A stretch of 64,000 nt of DNA from Marinicella sp. (GCA_965230295.1 OZ246001.1:3904001-3968000), one strand, 5' to 3'; shown: positions 44,518-54,746, numbered from the stretch's first letter. The notes: generated by a model not told the origin, from the sequence alone. Numbers and translations are program-made.

Positions 44518-45381
44518 GTGGCCATGAAAAAGTTACGACCTTATCTTTTACTGATGCGTGTAGATCGACCCATTGGTACTTTGTTGTTGTTGTGGCCAAC
44601 GTGGTGGGCACTGTGGGCTGCCAGTGATGGTCATCCGGACTTCAATACTTGGCTGATCTTTACGGTGGGCGTATTTTTGATGCGATCTGCCGGTTGTGTG
44701 GTCAACGACATTGCTGACAGAAAGTACGACGGTCATGTGAACCGCACCCAAAATCGTCCATTAGCACAAAACAAAGTGCCAGTTAACAATGCATGGCTTT
44801 TGTTTATTTTTCTGATGCTGGCAGCAGCATCTTTACTGTTGTTGCTAAAAACCCTGACAGTTATATTGGCATTGGTGGCAGCCTTTTTTGCCATCACCTA
44901 CCCACTGATGAAGCGAGTCACCTATTTACCACAAGTATATTTGGGCATCGCCTTTTCATTTTCGATACCGATGGCTTACGCTGAAATCACCGGGTCTGTT
45001 CCCAAGGTCGCTTGGCTATTATTTGTGGCCAACATTCTATGGACCACTGCCTACGACACCATATATGCCATGGTTGATCGCAAGGATGACCTTAAAATCG
45101 GAGTCAAATCGACGGCCATCTTGTTTGGTGATTTAGACCGTGTCATCATCGCCATCATTCAACTGATGACTGTTTTGGCTTTTTTTCTATTCGGCAAACA
45201 ATCAGAGTTCAGCGCCCCCTATTACATGGCCGTGATCATCGTATTGTGGTTGTTTGTCCATCAACAATTTCAAATTTTAGCCAGAAAAGAAGACAAGTGT
45301 TTCAAAGCATTTCTGCACAATAACTGGGTGGGCATGGTTATATTTATCGGAATTTTCACCCATTTTCTCTTGAAATCCTGA
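44518..45381 (+). CDS. ubiA: 4-hydroxybenzoate octaprenyltransferase
   Basis: RVDRPIGTLLLLWP, NDIADRKYD, YDTIYAMVDRKDD. Confidence 0.96.
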   Translation: MAMKKLRPYLLLMRVDRPIGTLLLLWPTWWALWAASDGHPDFNTWLIFTVGVFLMRSAGCVVNDIADRKYDGHVNRTQNRPLAQNKVPVNNAWLLFIFLMLAAASLLLLLKTLTVILALVAAFFAITYPLMKRVTYLPQVYLGIAFSFSIPMAYAEITGSVPKVAWLLFVANILWTTAYDTIYAMVDRKDDLKIGVKSTAILFGDLDRVIIAIIQLMTVLAFFLFGKQSEFSAPYYMAVIIVLWLFVHQQFQILARKEDKCFKAFLHNNWVGMVIFIGIFTHFLLKS

Positions 45382-45398
45382 AAAGCAAACATACATAG
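45369..45398 (+). promoter_or_regulatory. Possible sigma-32 promoter for ibpA
   Basis: Perfect CTTGAAA -35 element; only a partial -10 match (ATACATAG) at about 15 nt spacing. Confidence 0.35.
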
Positions 45399-45403
45399 TT
45401 TTT

Positions 45404-45505
45404 GAACTTAATCGCCGCTTACGGGATTCAGTCATTAACTCGATTTGGCCTTAATAAAAAGGCAAATCACCAACAAACATATTGCTTAATCAGGAGAATA
45501 TTATG
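45404..45505 (+). promoter_or_regulatory. ROSE-like RNA thermometer in the ibpA 5' UTR
   Basis: TTGCT-taatc-AGGA hairpin over the SD sequence, preceded by hairpins AATCGCCG-ctta-CGGGATT and GATTTGGCCTT-aataaa-AAGGCAAATC. Confidence 0.7.
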
Positions 45506-45973
45506 AATTTCGATTTAACCCCCCTATTCCGTACGTCTATTGGATTTGACCGCATGGCTCAATTATTGGACCAAGCCAATCGCATTGATCAAACACCCAG
45601 TTATCCTCCGTACAACATCGAAAGTATCGATGAAAACAATTACCGAATCACCTTGGCCTTAGCAGGTTTCAGTGATCAAGACTTGACCATCACTTCAGAG
45701 CAAAATACTTTAACTGTTAAAGGTAAAAAAGAATCTGATGTAGAAGGAAAGTTCATCCATCGAGGAATCGCCAACCGTTCATTTGAACGCCGTTTCCAAT
45801 TGGCTGATCATGTTAAAGTCAAAGCCGCTAACATGATCAATGGCTTGTTACACATTGAACTGGAACGTGAAATTCCAGAAGCCATGAAACCCAGAACCAT
45901 TGCCATTGGTACAGAGCAAAAAACCATTGAACAAAAGCCTGAAATTGTTAAGGACAGCAAAGACGTGGCTTAA
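45503..45973 (+). CDS. ibpA: Small heat shock protein IbpA/Hsp20
   Basis: MNFDLTPLFRTSIGFDR, YPPYNIE, HRGIANRSFERRFQLA; ATG at 45503 after AGGAG. Confidence 0.93.
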   Translation: MNFDLTPLFRTSIGFDRMAQLLDQANRIDQTPSYPPYNIESIDENNYRITLALAGFSDQDLTITSEQNTLTVKGKKESDVEGKFIHRGIANRSFERRFQLADHVKVKAANMINGLLHIELEREIPEAMKPRTIAIGTEQKTIEQKPEIVKDSKDVA

Positions 45974-45991
45974 TCACCCAACCAACCCACG

Positions 45992-46024
45992 AAAAAGGCC
46001 TGCGCATTTGCAGGCCTTTTTTTT
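45992..46024. terminator. Bidirectional Rho-independent terminator between ibpA and arcA
   Basis: AAAAAGGCCTGC-GCATTT-GCAGGCCTTTTTTTT. Confidence 0.9.
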
Positions 46025-46060
46025 CATCAGTTCATTAGGGCCTGTTAACAGGCGCTGGTC

Positions 46061-47314
46061 TTACCAAGCAACAGCGTCTCTGTGCACCGGCATTGTCATA
46101 CATCGACACCCACCACCACCACGTGACAATTCAGAACCATCCATGGCAACAGCCGCTTTTCCTTGAGGCATGGTTACTTGACCACTGATGATGTCTTTGG
46201 CATCAATGATTTCAAAACCCGCCTGGTCTAATGCTTCCATGGTCGCTTTGTTGTGCTTATAACCAATGATGTGTCCAGGCGCAAAGGTGAAAAAATTAGC
46301 CCCGCTGGTCCATTGTTCACGTTCTTGCGAAAATGGGTTATCACCACCACAATTGACGAAATTCAATTCCAGGCCAAACAAGCGCAAAGCTTTGGGCAAG
46401 CCCGAATACTCATTGATGTAATTAATTTTGCCATTGGTGCAGCTGAGGTGAAAAGCTTTGCATTTACCAGCACCTGTGATCAAAGGTGAAAAATTCATGA
46501 CTGTATCCACATCCAACATGGTAAAAATCATGTCTAAATGGATGGTGGCTCTGATCTTAGGCAGTTCAACGACAACAATATCAAGGTTTTCATGCCCAAT
46601 TGAAAGCTTTTCGGCCATGCGATCTATGGCCCTGGCTGAAGTTCTTTCTGAATAACCAATCACCAATAAATCATCACGAATCACCAGCAAGTCACCGCCT
46701 TCAATGGTCAGTTCTTCAGATTGTCTTCTGGTGCCGTCAAAATGAAAGCCTTGTCCTTTCAGTTTGGGGTGGTTATTGAATATTGATTTGAGCAACAATG
46801 CTTCAGTCAATCTGACCCTGTGTGCCATCGAACCAATGATGGTTTTGTCATACACACACATCACAGCATCTCTGGTAAAGAATGCATTGGGCAAAGGTGG
46901 AATGGCATGCCTGGAAGGACTGATGTAACGCTCCAGGGTATTTTTCTTTAACAATGTACCTTGAAACAACTGGGCCGATAAATCCTTGGCATCAAAAGCC
47001 ATCAGGTCGTCGACCAATTCATGATGTCCATGCAGTGCACACACATCCTGCAATAAGTCTAATTTGACTTTAGAATCTTCTAAAACATCGGCCAGTAAAG
47101 TTCTGAATTCTAAAACATTGTCTGCAACTTTATTTAACACACCAGCCAATTGGGCATGCTCCTTTAAAGCCAAATCCAACGTCAAAATATCATCATACAA
47201 TACCTCATGTGCCGTTTCTGGCGTCATGTTTTCCATTTCAGTACCCGGCTCATGAATGATCACGGTATTCAACTTCCCGATTTCAGAATAATTTGAAATT
47301 TTTGCGGTGGACAT
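46061..47314 (-). CDS. arcA: Arginine deiminase
   Basis: SEIGKL, FFTRD, IEGGD, HLDM, ELSRGGGGCRCMTMP catalytic Cys. Confidence 0.9.
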   Translation of the reverse strand: MSTAKISNYSEIGKLNTVIIHEPGTEMENMTPETAHEVLYDDILTLDLALKEHAQLAGVLNKVADNVLEFRTLLADVLEDSKVKLDLLQDVCALHGHHELVDDLMAFDAKDLSAQLFQGTLLKKNTLERYISPSRHAIPPLPNAFFTRDAVMCVYDKTIIGSMAHRVRLTEALLLKSIFNNHPKLKGQGFHFDGTRRQSEELTIEGGDLLVIRDDLLVIGYSERTSARAIDRMAEKLSIGHENLDIVVVELPKIRATIHLDMIFTMLDVDTVMNFSPLITGAGKCKAFHLSCTNGKINYINEYSGLPKALRLFGLELNFVNCGGDNPFSQEREQWTSGANFFTFAPGHIIGYKHNKATMEALDQAGFEIIDAKDIISGQVTMPQGKAAVAMDGSELSRGGGGCRCMTMPVHRDAVAW

Positions 47315-47319
47315 AAGAC

Positions 47320-48372
47320 TTACTCGTCAAAAGAGATGTGGATTTTACTTGAGCGTGCCACTGATTGGCAACTGAGAATATAACCAGCATCCGTTTCCCA
47401 AGTTTCTAATGAATAATTATTGATCATTTCTACTTCACCTTCGACCAGCTTACAGCGGCAGGTGGCACAAACACCTGCTTTACACGAATAAGGCAAATCA
47501 ACACCAGCATCTTCGGCTGATTCCAGTAAGGTGGCCTGGGTTCCGGCCAATAGATTGAATTCATGATTGGCACCATCCAAAGTTACAGTCACCCCAGCAT
47601 CCTCCTTAATGGTTTTTTCAGCCAATGAGATTTCTTGACCATCGCTGAGAAAGCGTTCATTATGAATGAGCACATCATCTATTCCTAAGTCAGTCAATGT
47701 GGCACATACGTTGTCAATCATGCCGCCAGGCCCACATACAAAATACCCTTGGGCATCGATGTGCTTGACGAGGTGATCATTTAACAATTTGATTTTATCT
47801 GCATCAAACCTGCCTTGATACAATGGCATGTCTACTTTTTGCTGGGATAAAAAATAATGCACGCTGAAACGAGAACCAAACCGATCTTTTAAGTAAGCAA
47901 TTTGTTCATGTAACAAGACATCTGAAGTCTTGCTGTTACCATAAAACAGAACAAATTCTGCTGATTCAGTTTGTTCCATTGCGGCATAAATCATCCCCAT
48001 GACCGGGGTGATTCCAGAACCTGCAGCAAAAGCCACATAATGTGCGCCCTCTTGGGGTTCAAGCATGAAATGTCCACTGGGTGGTAACACATCGATTCGT
48101 TGACCAGCTTCTACACCTTGAGCAAATTGAGAAAATCGACCATCATCGACTGCCTTGATCAAAACATCCAATTCGTTTTGACGGGTTTGCGAAGAACAGA
48201 TTGAATAACTGCGGCGTAACTCTTCACCATTAATGATGGCTTTGAAGGTTAAATGCTGACCCGGGATAAATGCGAATTCTTCAAGCAATTCATCAGGAAT
48301 GTCCAGGGTCCAAATAACCGCGTTGGGCTGTGCTTGGATGGACTTTATCATTAAAGATTGAAATTTATACAT
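47320..48372 (-). CDS. paaE: Phenylacetyl-CoA epoxidase reductase subunit
   Basis: RRSYSICS, AAGSGITP, CGP, 2Fe-2S motif CKAGVCATC...C; probable start MYKF at 48372. Confidence 0.92.
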   Translation of the reverse strand: MYKFQSLMIKSIQAQPNAVIWTLDIPDELLEEFAFIPGQHLTFKAIINGEELRRSYSICSSQTRQNELDVLIKAVDDGRFSQFAQGVEAGQRIDVLPPSGHFMLEPQEGAHYVAFAAGSGITPVMGMIYAAMEQTESAEFVLFYGNSKTSDVLLHEQIAYLKDRFGSRFSVHYFLSQQKVDMPLYQGRFDADKIKLLNDHLVKHIDAQGYFVCGPGGMIDNVCATLTDLGIDDVLIHNERFLSDGQEISLAEKTIKEDAGVTVTLDGANHEFNLLAGTQATLLESAEDAGVDLPYSCKAGVCATCRCKLVEGEVEMINNYSLETWETDAGYILSCQSVARSSKIHISFDE

Positions 48373-48874
48373 GGCATTTAAAATAATCAAAAGGTTCTAA
48401 ACAGCTTTCACATCGATACAATGCCTTACAGGCCGTTGAACCAAATTCACTGATACAGGTGGTGTTTTCCGAGTGACACTGTGGACACTTGATTTTGCTA
48501 TCTTCCCGAGCCAATGGTGGTGCAATACCATAGGCTTGCATGGCAAGTCTTCCACTGTCTGAAATCATGCGGGTGTTCCAGACAGGGTCATCGAGCAATT
48601 GGACATCAACACCAGTAAGCCCATTACTAACAAATTTTTCCATCAATGCCTTTTCAATATCAGTTTTGATGGCATGCATGGCTGGGCAACCGGAATAGGT
48701 AGGAATGATGCCGACAATAATCGTATTATCATGCACTTTAACCTGCTGCAAAATGCCCAATTCCTGGATGCTGATCACTGGAATCTCCGGGTCTTTGACT
48801 TGGGCCAATTCAGCATAAACCTCGTCTACAGTGATGGTTAGCTCGTCATGAGACACCGGCTCTTTCACGACCAT
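48365..48874 (-). CDS. paaD: Phenylacetyl-CoA epoxidase subunit D
   Basis: DPEIPVISI, PTYSGCPAM, CPQC...FGSTACKALYRCESCLEPFDYFKC. Confidence 0.95.
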   Translation of the reverse strand: MVVKEPVSHDELTITVDEVYAELAQVKDPEIPVISIQELGILQQVKVHDNTIIVGIIPTYSGCPAMHAIKTDIEKALMEKFVSNGLTGVDVQLLDDPVWNTRMISDSGRLAMQAYGIAPPLAREDSKIKCPQCHSENTTCISEFGSTACKALYRCESCLEPFDYFKCHV

Positions 48875-49644
48875 CACCAATCGCAATTCGGGTATGCCCG
48901 TTGTAAAAACTGCATGTCTGCAAGCATGTAACCAAGGTGCTCAGAGTGCTCACCTTGTAGGCCACCAGTGGCAACCCAACCCGACTCAGGCAAATTCAAC
49001 TGACAATGATTCAAATGGGCCAAAACATGTGAGCTCCATGCCTCATTCAGTGCCAAATAATCAGCAATCAATCCTTGTGAAATCAATTCATTCATACCTG
49101 CATCAGTTTCAAACATTTCAGGGGTATAAAACCACAAATCATCCAATGCTTTTTGCATGCGTTTTTTGGCCTCTTCGGTACTGAGAGACAACCGCTCTAG
49201 CCATGACTCACTTCTTTTCAGGTGATACTTTACCTCCATCAATGCTTTTTTAGCAGCCAATGCCAAAGGTTCATGTTTTGAGGCCACCAAAGCCTGATAT
49301 AAATACAAGTTAAACACATCAACGAAATACTGCTTCATCATGGTAAAACCAAAGTCTCCCTTGGGCAATTCGGTGATGATGGGATTGCGGTATTCATGTG
49401 CATCCCGCAAAAAGGCCAACTCATCGGCTGTCGATTTCTCCGGGTTCAGTTCAACGGCGAGCTGATAGAAAATATTGGCATGTCCAATCATGTCCAAGGA
49501 CACATTGGTTAAAGCCACATCTTCTTCAAGATAAGGTCCATGACCACACCATTCGGCCAGCCTTTGACCCATGGTCAATGAAGAGTCTGCCAATCGCAGC
49601 AAGTATTCATACAAAGCGGTGTTATTGCTGGAACCAGTCATCAC
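48874..49644 (-). CDS. paaC: Phenylacetyl-CoA epoxidase subunit C
   Basis: QRLAEWCGHGPYLEEDVAL, EVKYH, HSEHLGYMLADMQFLQRAYP. Confidence 0.95.
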   Translation of the reverse strand: MMTGSSNNTALYEYLLRLADSSLTMGQRLAEWCGHGPYLEEDVALTNVSLDMIGHANIFYQLAVELNPEKSTADELAFLRDAHEYRNPIITELPKGDFGFTMMKQYFVDVFNLYLYQALVASKHEPLALAAKKALMEVKYHLKRSESWLERLSLSTEEAKKRMQKALDDLWFYTPEMFETDAGMNELISQGLIADYLALNEAWSSHVLAHLNHCQLNLPESGWVATGGLQGEHSEHLGYMLADMQFLQRAYPNCDW

Positions 49645-49922
49645 ATGTTTTCCACTTCTTTATCCAACGGATAAAACGTTGGGTGACGATAAACTTTGTC
49701 CTCTGCAGGATCAAACCATTCATGCTCTTGTTCTGGATTTGATGAAGTAATTTTCTCAGCTTCAACCACCCAAATACTCACGCCTTCCTTTCTGCGCGTG
49801 TAAACATCCCTGGCATTGAGCAATGCCATTTGGGCATCACTGGCATGTAAAGACCCCACATGGCGATGGTTCAAACCGGACTTGGCTCGGATAAATACTT
49901 CAAATAATTTTAATTCTGACAT
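49641..49922 (-). CDS. paaB: Phenylacetyl-CoA epoxidase subunit B
   Basis: HRHVGSLHA, ARDVYTRR, DKVYRHPTFY. Confidence 0.96.
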   Translation of the reverse strand: MSELKLFEVFIRAKSGLNHRHVGSLHASDAQMALLNARDVYTRRKEGVSIWVVEAEKITSSNPEQEHEWFDPAEDKVYRHPTFYPLDKEVENM

Positions 49923-50905
49923 TAAGCTGCCTCACTGTCTGTTTTTTCACTTTGTTGCTGATGATAAACATCAGCCGCTTCTCGAACCCACGCGCCATTT
50001 TCATGGGCATCAATTCGGGCTTGTAAACGTTCTTTATTACATGGCCCATTGCCTTTGATGACTTGGATTAATTCATTGAAATCGATTTCCCCATGGTCGT
50101 AATGGCCCGTTTCTTCATTCCACTTCAATTCAGGGTCTGGAATGGTCAACCCCAAATGTTCAGCCTGCGGCACAGTGGCATCGATGAATTTCTGCCGCAA
50201 GTCATCATTAGAAAAGCGCTTAATTTTCCATTTCATAGAAAGGGCCGAATGGGTGGAATCCTTGTCACTGGGTCCAAACATCATCAAAGCTGGCCACCAA
50301 GTTCGATTCAGCGCCCTTTGGGCCATTTCTTTTTGTGTTTTGGTACCACGAGCCAGAACAGTCATGATTTCATAACCTTGACGTTGGTGAAAGCTCTCTT
50401 CTTTACAAATTCTGACCATCGAACGTGCATAAGGACCATATGAAGCCCTGCACAAAGGCACTTGATTCATGATGGCTGCACCATCTACCAGCCAACCAAT
50501 GGCCCCCATATCTGCCCAAGATGGTGTTGGATAATTAAAGATTGATGAATACTTGGCTTTTCCTGTTAACAGTTCATCGGTCAATTGATCACGACTGACA
50601 CCCAGGGTTTCAGTGGCTGAGTAGATATATAAACCATGACCCGCTTCATCTTGTACTTTAGCCAATAGAATCATTTTTCGATTCAATGTAGGCGCTCTGG
50701 TGATCCAATTGCCTTCAGGTAACTGGCCCACTATTTCTGAATGGGCATGCTGCGACATCTGTCTGATCAATGTTTTGCGATAAGCTGCAGGCATCCAGTC
50801 GCGAGGTTCTATTTTTTCCTCACGATCAATTTTTGCTTGAAACTCTGCCAGCAACTCGGCTGGTTCATCTTGCCCTTTGGCGTCAGTTAAACCTTGTGAA
50901 TACAT
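49922..50905 (-). CDS. paaA: Phenylacetyl-CoA epoxidase subunit A
   Basis: [29 protein letters not shown] di-iron ligands. Confidence 0.97.
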   Translation of the reverse strand: MYSQGLTDAKGQDEPAELLAEFQAKIDREEKIEPRDWMPAAYRKTLIRQMSQHAHSEIVGQLPEGNWITRAPTLNRKMILLAKVQDEAGHGLYIYSATETLGVSRDQLTDELLTGKAKYSSIFNYPTPSWADMGAIGWLVDGAAIMNQVPLCRASYGPYARSMVRICKEESFHQRQGYEIMTVLARGTKTQKEMAQRALNRTWWPALMMFGPSDKDSTHSALSMKWKIKRFSNDDLRQKFIDATVPQAEHLGLTIPDPELKWNEETGHYDHGEIDFNELIQVIKGNGPCNKERLQARIDAHENGAWVREAADVYHQQQSEKTDSEAA

Positions 50906-50966
50906 GATTATCTCTTGTTAAGTTATGTTTATTATCATTAAACCCAAATTTGATTGAATCCTCGAA

Positions 50967-52178
50967 TCAATCGCTCACCCTTTTCAGTAACAAAGCCATA
51001 CCTTGGCCTACCCCTACACACATGGTGCACAGTGCATATTTTCCATTTGTCCTGCGCAATTGACGAGTTGCAGTTAATGCCATTCTGGCACCACTCATAC
51101 CCAAAGGATGTCCCAATGCAATCGCACCACCATTGGGATTAACCCGCTCATCATCATCAGCAACACCGAGCATCCTCAGTACAGCCAGTCCTTGTGAAGC
51201 AAAAGCTTCATTCAATTCAATCACATCAATGTCATCTATATCCAGGTCATACCGTTTAAGCAATTGTTGAGTTGCTGGAACGGGACCAATACCCATGACA
51301 TCAGGATCGACGCCGGCCACATTGGCACCGATAAATTCTGCCAGGGGTTGTAGTCCATATTTTTCTACAGCTGCTTCAGACGCCAACAACAGTGCACAAG
51401 CGCCATCGTTGACTCCTGATGCATTACCTGCGGTTACCGTACCATTGACTTTAAATGGTGTGCCCAGTTGGGCCAGTTTTTCCAATTTGGTATTGGCACG
51501 TGGATGTTCATCGGTATCTATAATGATGTCATCACCCTTTCGTTTCGGGATGGTCACAGGAACGATCTCTTCATTGAAGATGCCATTGGCTTGTGCTGCT
51601 GCGGTCTTTTGTTGACTGCGATAAGCAAATAGATCCTGGTCCTCTCGGCTGACATTAAACTTCTCAGCCACATTCTCTCCGGTTTCAGGCATTGAGTCAG
51701 TTCCATACATCTGTTGCAGCTTTGGATTAATGAATCGCCAACCAATGGTGGTGTCATAAATTTCCGCTTTTCTTGAAAAAGCGCTGTCAGCCTTGGGCAT
51801 CACCAAAGGTGCTCGTGACATAGACTCGACGCCGCCGGCCACCATGACTTGTGCGTCACCAAAAGCAATGGTTCTGGCTGCCATTGCTATGGCGTCTAAA
51901 CCTGATGCACACAGTCGATTGACTGTCATACCAGCTATGTTGGTTGGTAAACCAGCCAATAAAGCCGACATTTTAGCTACATTTCGATTGTCCTCGCCGG
52001 CTTGATTGGCACAACCTGCTATCACATCATCTATGTCATCAACCGGTAATTGTTGGTTTCTGTCAGTCAATGTTTTAATGACTTGAGCCAACAGGTCATC
52101 AGGTCTGACACTGGACAATCCACCTGCATACCGTCCGATGGGAGTTCTGACCCCATCACATATATAAACCTTACTCAT
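50967..52178 (-). CDS. pcaF: 3-oxoadipyl-CoA / 3-oxo-5,6-dehydrosuberyl-CoA thiolase (PcaF/PaaJ)
   Basis: QAGEDNRNVA, NRLCASG, NEAFA, GHPLG, CVGVGQG. Confidence 0.92.
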   Translation of the reverse strand: MSKVYICDGVRTPIGRYAGGLSSVRPDDLLAQVIKTLTDRNQQLPVDDIDDVIAGCANQAGEDNRNVAKMSALLAGLPTNIAGMTVNRLCASGLDAIAMAARTIAFGDAQVMVAGGVESMSRAPLVMPKADSAFSRKAEIYDTTIGWRFINPKLQQMYGTDSMPETGENVAEKFNVSREDQDLFAYRSQQKTAAAQANGIFNEEIVPVTIPKRKGDDIIIDTDEHPRANTKLEKLAQLGTPFKVNGTVTAGNASGVNDGACALLLASEAAVEKYGLQPLAEFIGANVAGVDPDVMGIGPVPATQQLLKRYDLDIDDIDVIELNEAFASQGLAVLRMLGVADDDERVNPNGGAIALGHPLGMSGARMALTATRQLRRTNGKYALCTMCVGVGQGMALLLKRVSD

Positions 52179-53647
52179 GTCAAGTTCCTGATGTATGGTG
52201 AAAGCCGGTAGCGATCATCACCAAACCATTTTTGTAAATTTTCTAAAGCAGTGGCGACATGATTCCACCCCAACTCTTCGGCAAATGCCAACAGTCCCTT
52301 GGGATAATTGACACCATAACGCATGGCCAAATCGACATCTTTGGCAGTACAAACACCATTGAAAACAGCATCAGCAGCCTCATTGATCAACATCGCCATG
52401 GTTCTTAATGCAATCATGCCAGGTTGATCAGCAGATTCTATCACTTGTTTGCCCATCTTATTGAACACCGCGACGATGCGATTGCGCATGAATTGATTTA
52501 CTGATGGACTGAAACAAAGGTTTACCGATTGGCTTTTCTGATAATCAAAAGACAGATCGACCAAACAGACAGGCAAGCCATTTTCTCGTTCTATATCTTT
52601 GGCTAAACGACCGTCACACATTTGCAGCAGACAACCACTGATGATGACTTCATCACCTTCCCATTTGCGCTTATCGTATTCGAATTCACAAAACATTTCA
52701 CTGAAGAAGGTCATTTCTTCAGGCACTGTGATTTGATCAAACTCAGCTTCACTGTGGATGTATTCAACCTTCGGTTTGGCAGCACCATCTGCGTGCTTAT
52801 AAAACCCCTGATTGGTTTTTTTACCCAGCAAATTGGCATTGACCATTTCACTTTGAATCAACGATGGTCTGAATTTAGGGTCGTTATGCATGGCTTGATA
52901 AACGGTTTTGCTGACTGCGTAATTGATGTCAATACCAATCAAATCCATCAATGCAAATGGTCCCATCCTGAACCCAGCTGCTTCAGTCATTACCGCATCA
53001 ATGTGGTAAAAAGTGGCCAGTTGTTCTTGTAACATTTTCAATGTTTCACCGTAATAGGAACGGGCCACCCTATTAACAATAAACCCTGGGGACGAATTGG
53101 TTACTACCGCTGTCTTTTTCCATGTAGAACATATTGATTTGGCTTGACTGATATGGTCTTGATGGGTCAGCTGTCCTGTAACCAGTTCAACCAATTTCAT
53201 CACCGGTGCCGGATTAAAAAAATGCATGCCAAACAATCGACCGGGTTCTTTCAAAGCAGCTGCAATGGCAGTGATGGAAATCGAAGAAGTGTTGGTCGCT
53301 AATAACGCTTCGCTTGAGGTGATGACTTCCAGTTTTTTGAACAATTCCTGCTTGATTGAAAGGTCTTCAACAATGGCCTCAATAACCAAATCGCAAGCGC
53401 TGAAATGAGCCAGGTCATCTACCAACTCAATGCGGCCCATCAAATCGGCGATCTGTTCTTTGGTGATTTTGCCACGAAATGCCCTTCTCTTAAGTCGATC
53501 GTGAAGCTTTTCCATCGCACCTTGGGCAAATTCCTGACTGAGGTCATACAAAACCACATGCTGACCAAAGCTGGCAGCGACTTCACAAATACCGATCCCC
53601 ATGGTACCGGCTCCAACAACACCTACATTGTTTATTGATTCACTCAT
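52175..53647 (-). CDS. paaH: 3-hydroxyadipyl-CoA dehydrogenase
   Basis: GAGTMG, ATNTSSIS, GMHFFNPAPVM; duplicated C-terminal domain; paa context. Confidence 0.9.
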   Translation of the reverse strand: MSESINNVGVVGAGTMGIGICEVAASFGQHVVLYDLSQEFAQGAMEKLHDRLKRRAFRGKITKEQIADLMGRIELVDDLAHFSACDLVIEAIVEDLSIKQELFKKLEVITSSEALLATNTSSISITAIAAALKEPGRLFGMHFFNPAPVMKLVELVTGQLTHQDHISQAKSICSTWKKTAVVTNSSPGFIVNRVARSYYGETLKMLQEQLATFYHIDAVMTEAAGFRMGPFALMDLIGIDINYAVSKTVYQAMHNDPKFRPSLIQSEMVNANLLGKKTNQGFYKHADGAAKPKVEYIHSEAEFDQITVPEEMTFFSEMFCEFEYDKRKWEGDEVIISGCLLQMCDGRLAKDIERENGLPVCLVDLSFDYQKSQSVNLCFSPSVNQFMRNRIVAVFNKMGKQVIESADQPGMIALRTMAMLINEAADAVFNGVCTAKDVDLAMRYGVNYPKGLLAFAEELGWNHVATALENLQKWFGDDRYRLSPYIRNLT

Positions 53648-54450
53648 TATCGGCCTTTAAAAATTGGTTTTCTTTTTTCATTGAATGCAGCAACACCTTC
53701 AGCAAAATCATCGCTCAATCCACATATCCGTTGCACATCTCTTTCCCTGTCCAGGTGTTCACCATAACGGTTACTGAAGGACTCATCAAAAATGTTCTTG
53801 ATGAATGACAGGGCCCGGGTTGGTCTTGATGCCAGCTGAGTCACCAATTCATCAACCTGCTGCTCAAAAGATTCGTCTTCATATGTCTGGTATATCATGC
53901 CCATAGCCACCGCTTCATCGGCACTAACAGGAGTACCTAGCATGGTGATGGCTTTGGCTCGAGCTAAACCGACTAATTTGGCCAACACCCATGTCCCGTT
54001 ACAATCAGGAATCAATCCTATTGATGAAAAAGCCTGGATAAATTTTGCCGACTTTTTAGCAACCACAATATCGCAATTCAATGCCATGTTTGCACCCGCT
54101 CCGGCTGCAACTCCATTCACTGCACAAACCACTGGTGCTTGAATGGCTTTCAACAACCTGAGGTTTTTATTGAATCCATTTTCAAGCTTTTCACCTAAAT
54201 CAGTTTTTTCACCTTGTTTGGTCAAACGTTCACCCAAATCTGCACCAGCACTGAAACCGCGACCTTCACCGGTTAAAAGGACACACCTCACTTCACCATG
54301 ATTGACAATGTCATTGAGCACGAGATGGAGTTCTTGATGCATTTGATCTGAAAATGAATTTAATTTATCGGGTCGGTTTAGGGTGATGGTGGCGATCTGC
54401 CGGTCGATCACATATTTGATGGTTTGTAAGTCTTTAAAAAGATCCGTCAT
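53647..54450 (-). CDS. paaG: 1,2-epoxyphenylacetyl-CoA isomerase (crotonase family)
   Basis: LNRPDKLNSF, AVNGVAAGAGAN, FIQAFSSIGLIPD; probable start MTDL at 54450. Confidence 0.88.
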   Translation of the reverse strand: MTDLFKDLQTIKYVIDRQIATITLNRPDKLNSFSDQMHQELHLVLNDIVNHGEVRCVLLTGEGRGFSAGADLGERLTKQGEKTDLGEKLENGFNKNLRLLKAIQAPVVCAVNGVAAGAGANMALNCDIVVAKKSAKFIQAFSSIGLIPDCNGTWVLAKLVGLARAKAITMLGTPVSADEAVAMGMIYQTYEDESFEQQVDELVTQLASRPTRALSFIKNIFDESFSNRYGEHLDRERDVQRICGLSDDFAEGVAAFNEKRKPIFKGR

Positions 54451-54608
54451 GGTGTCCCCAATGGTCAAATTTCTTAATGGCATTATTATACTTTAGTTTT
54501 GACTTTTGCATTGAACCAGAACCGTCTTTTTCAAAGAAAAAAACGCGGGTTTTTTGGTGTTTGATTGATGACTGCCTGATTCAAAGTGATCAAACCATGA
54601 CAAAATAT

Positions 54609-54678
54609 GGTCACTCAAGCCAACTTTATGTCAGTTAATTGATTATCAGCAAGATAATGACAAAACATTTGAGTGACC
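54609..54678. repeat. Nested inverted repeat / stem-loop in the paaG-DGC divergent spacer
   Basis: GGTCACTCAA...TTGAGTGACC (10-bp perfect) enclosing ATTATC-AGCAA-GATAAT. Confidence 0.55.
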
Positions 54679-54746
54679 CTGGCATTCAATTTACTTTTTA
54701 CAGCCCATCCTTTAAACTGATTGTTGTGTGTAAAGTGTGTGTCCAT

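Noticed and set aside
54639-54746. N-terminal extension of the diguanylate cyclase ORF
   Set aside because: Precedes the signal-like segment and overlaps the inverted repeat; the GTG at 54747 is the more plausible start
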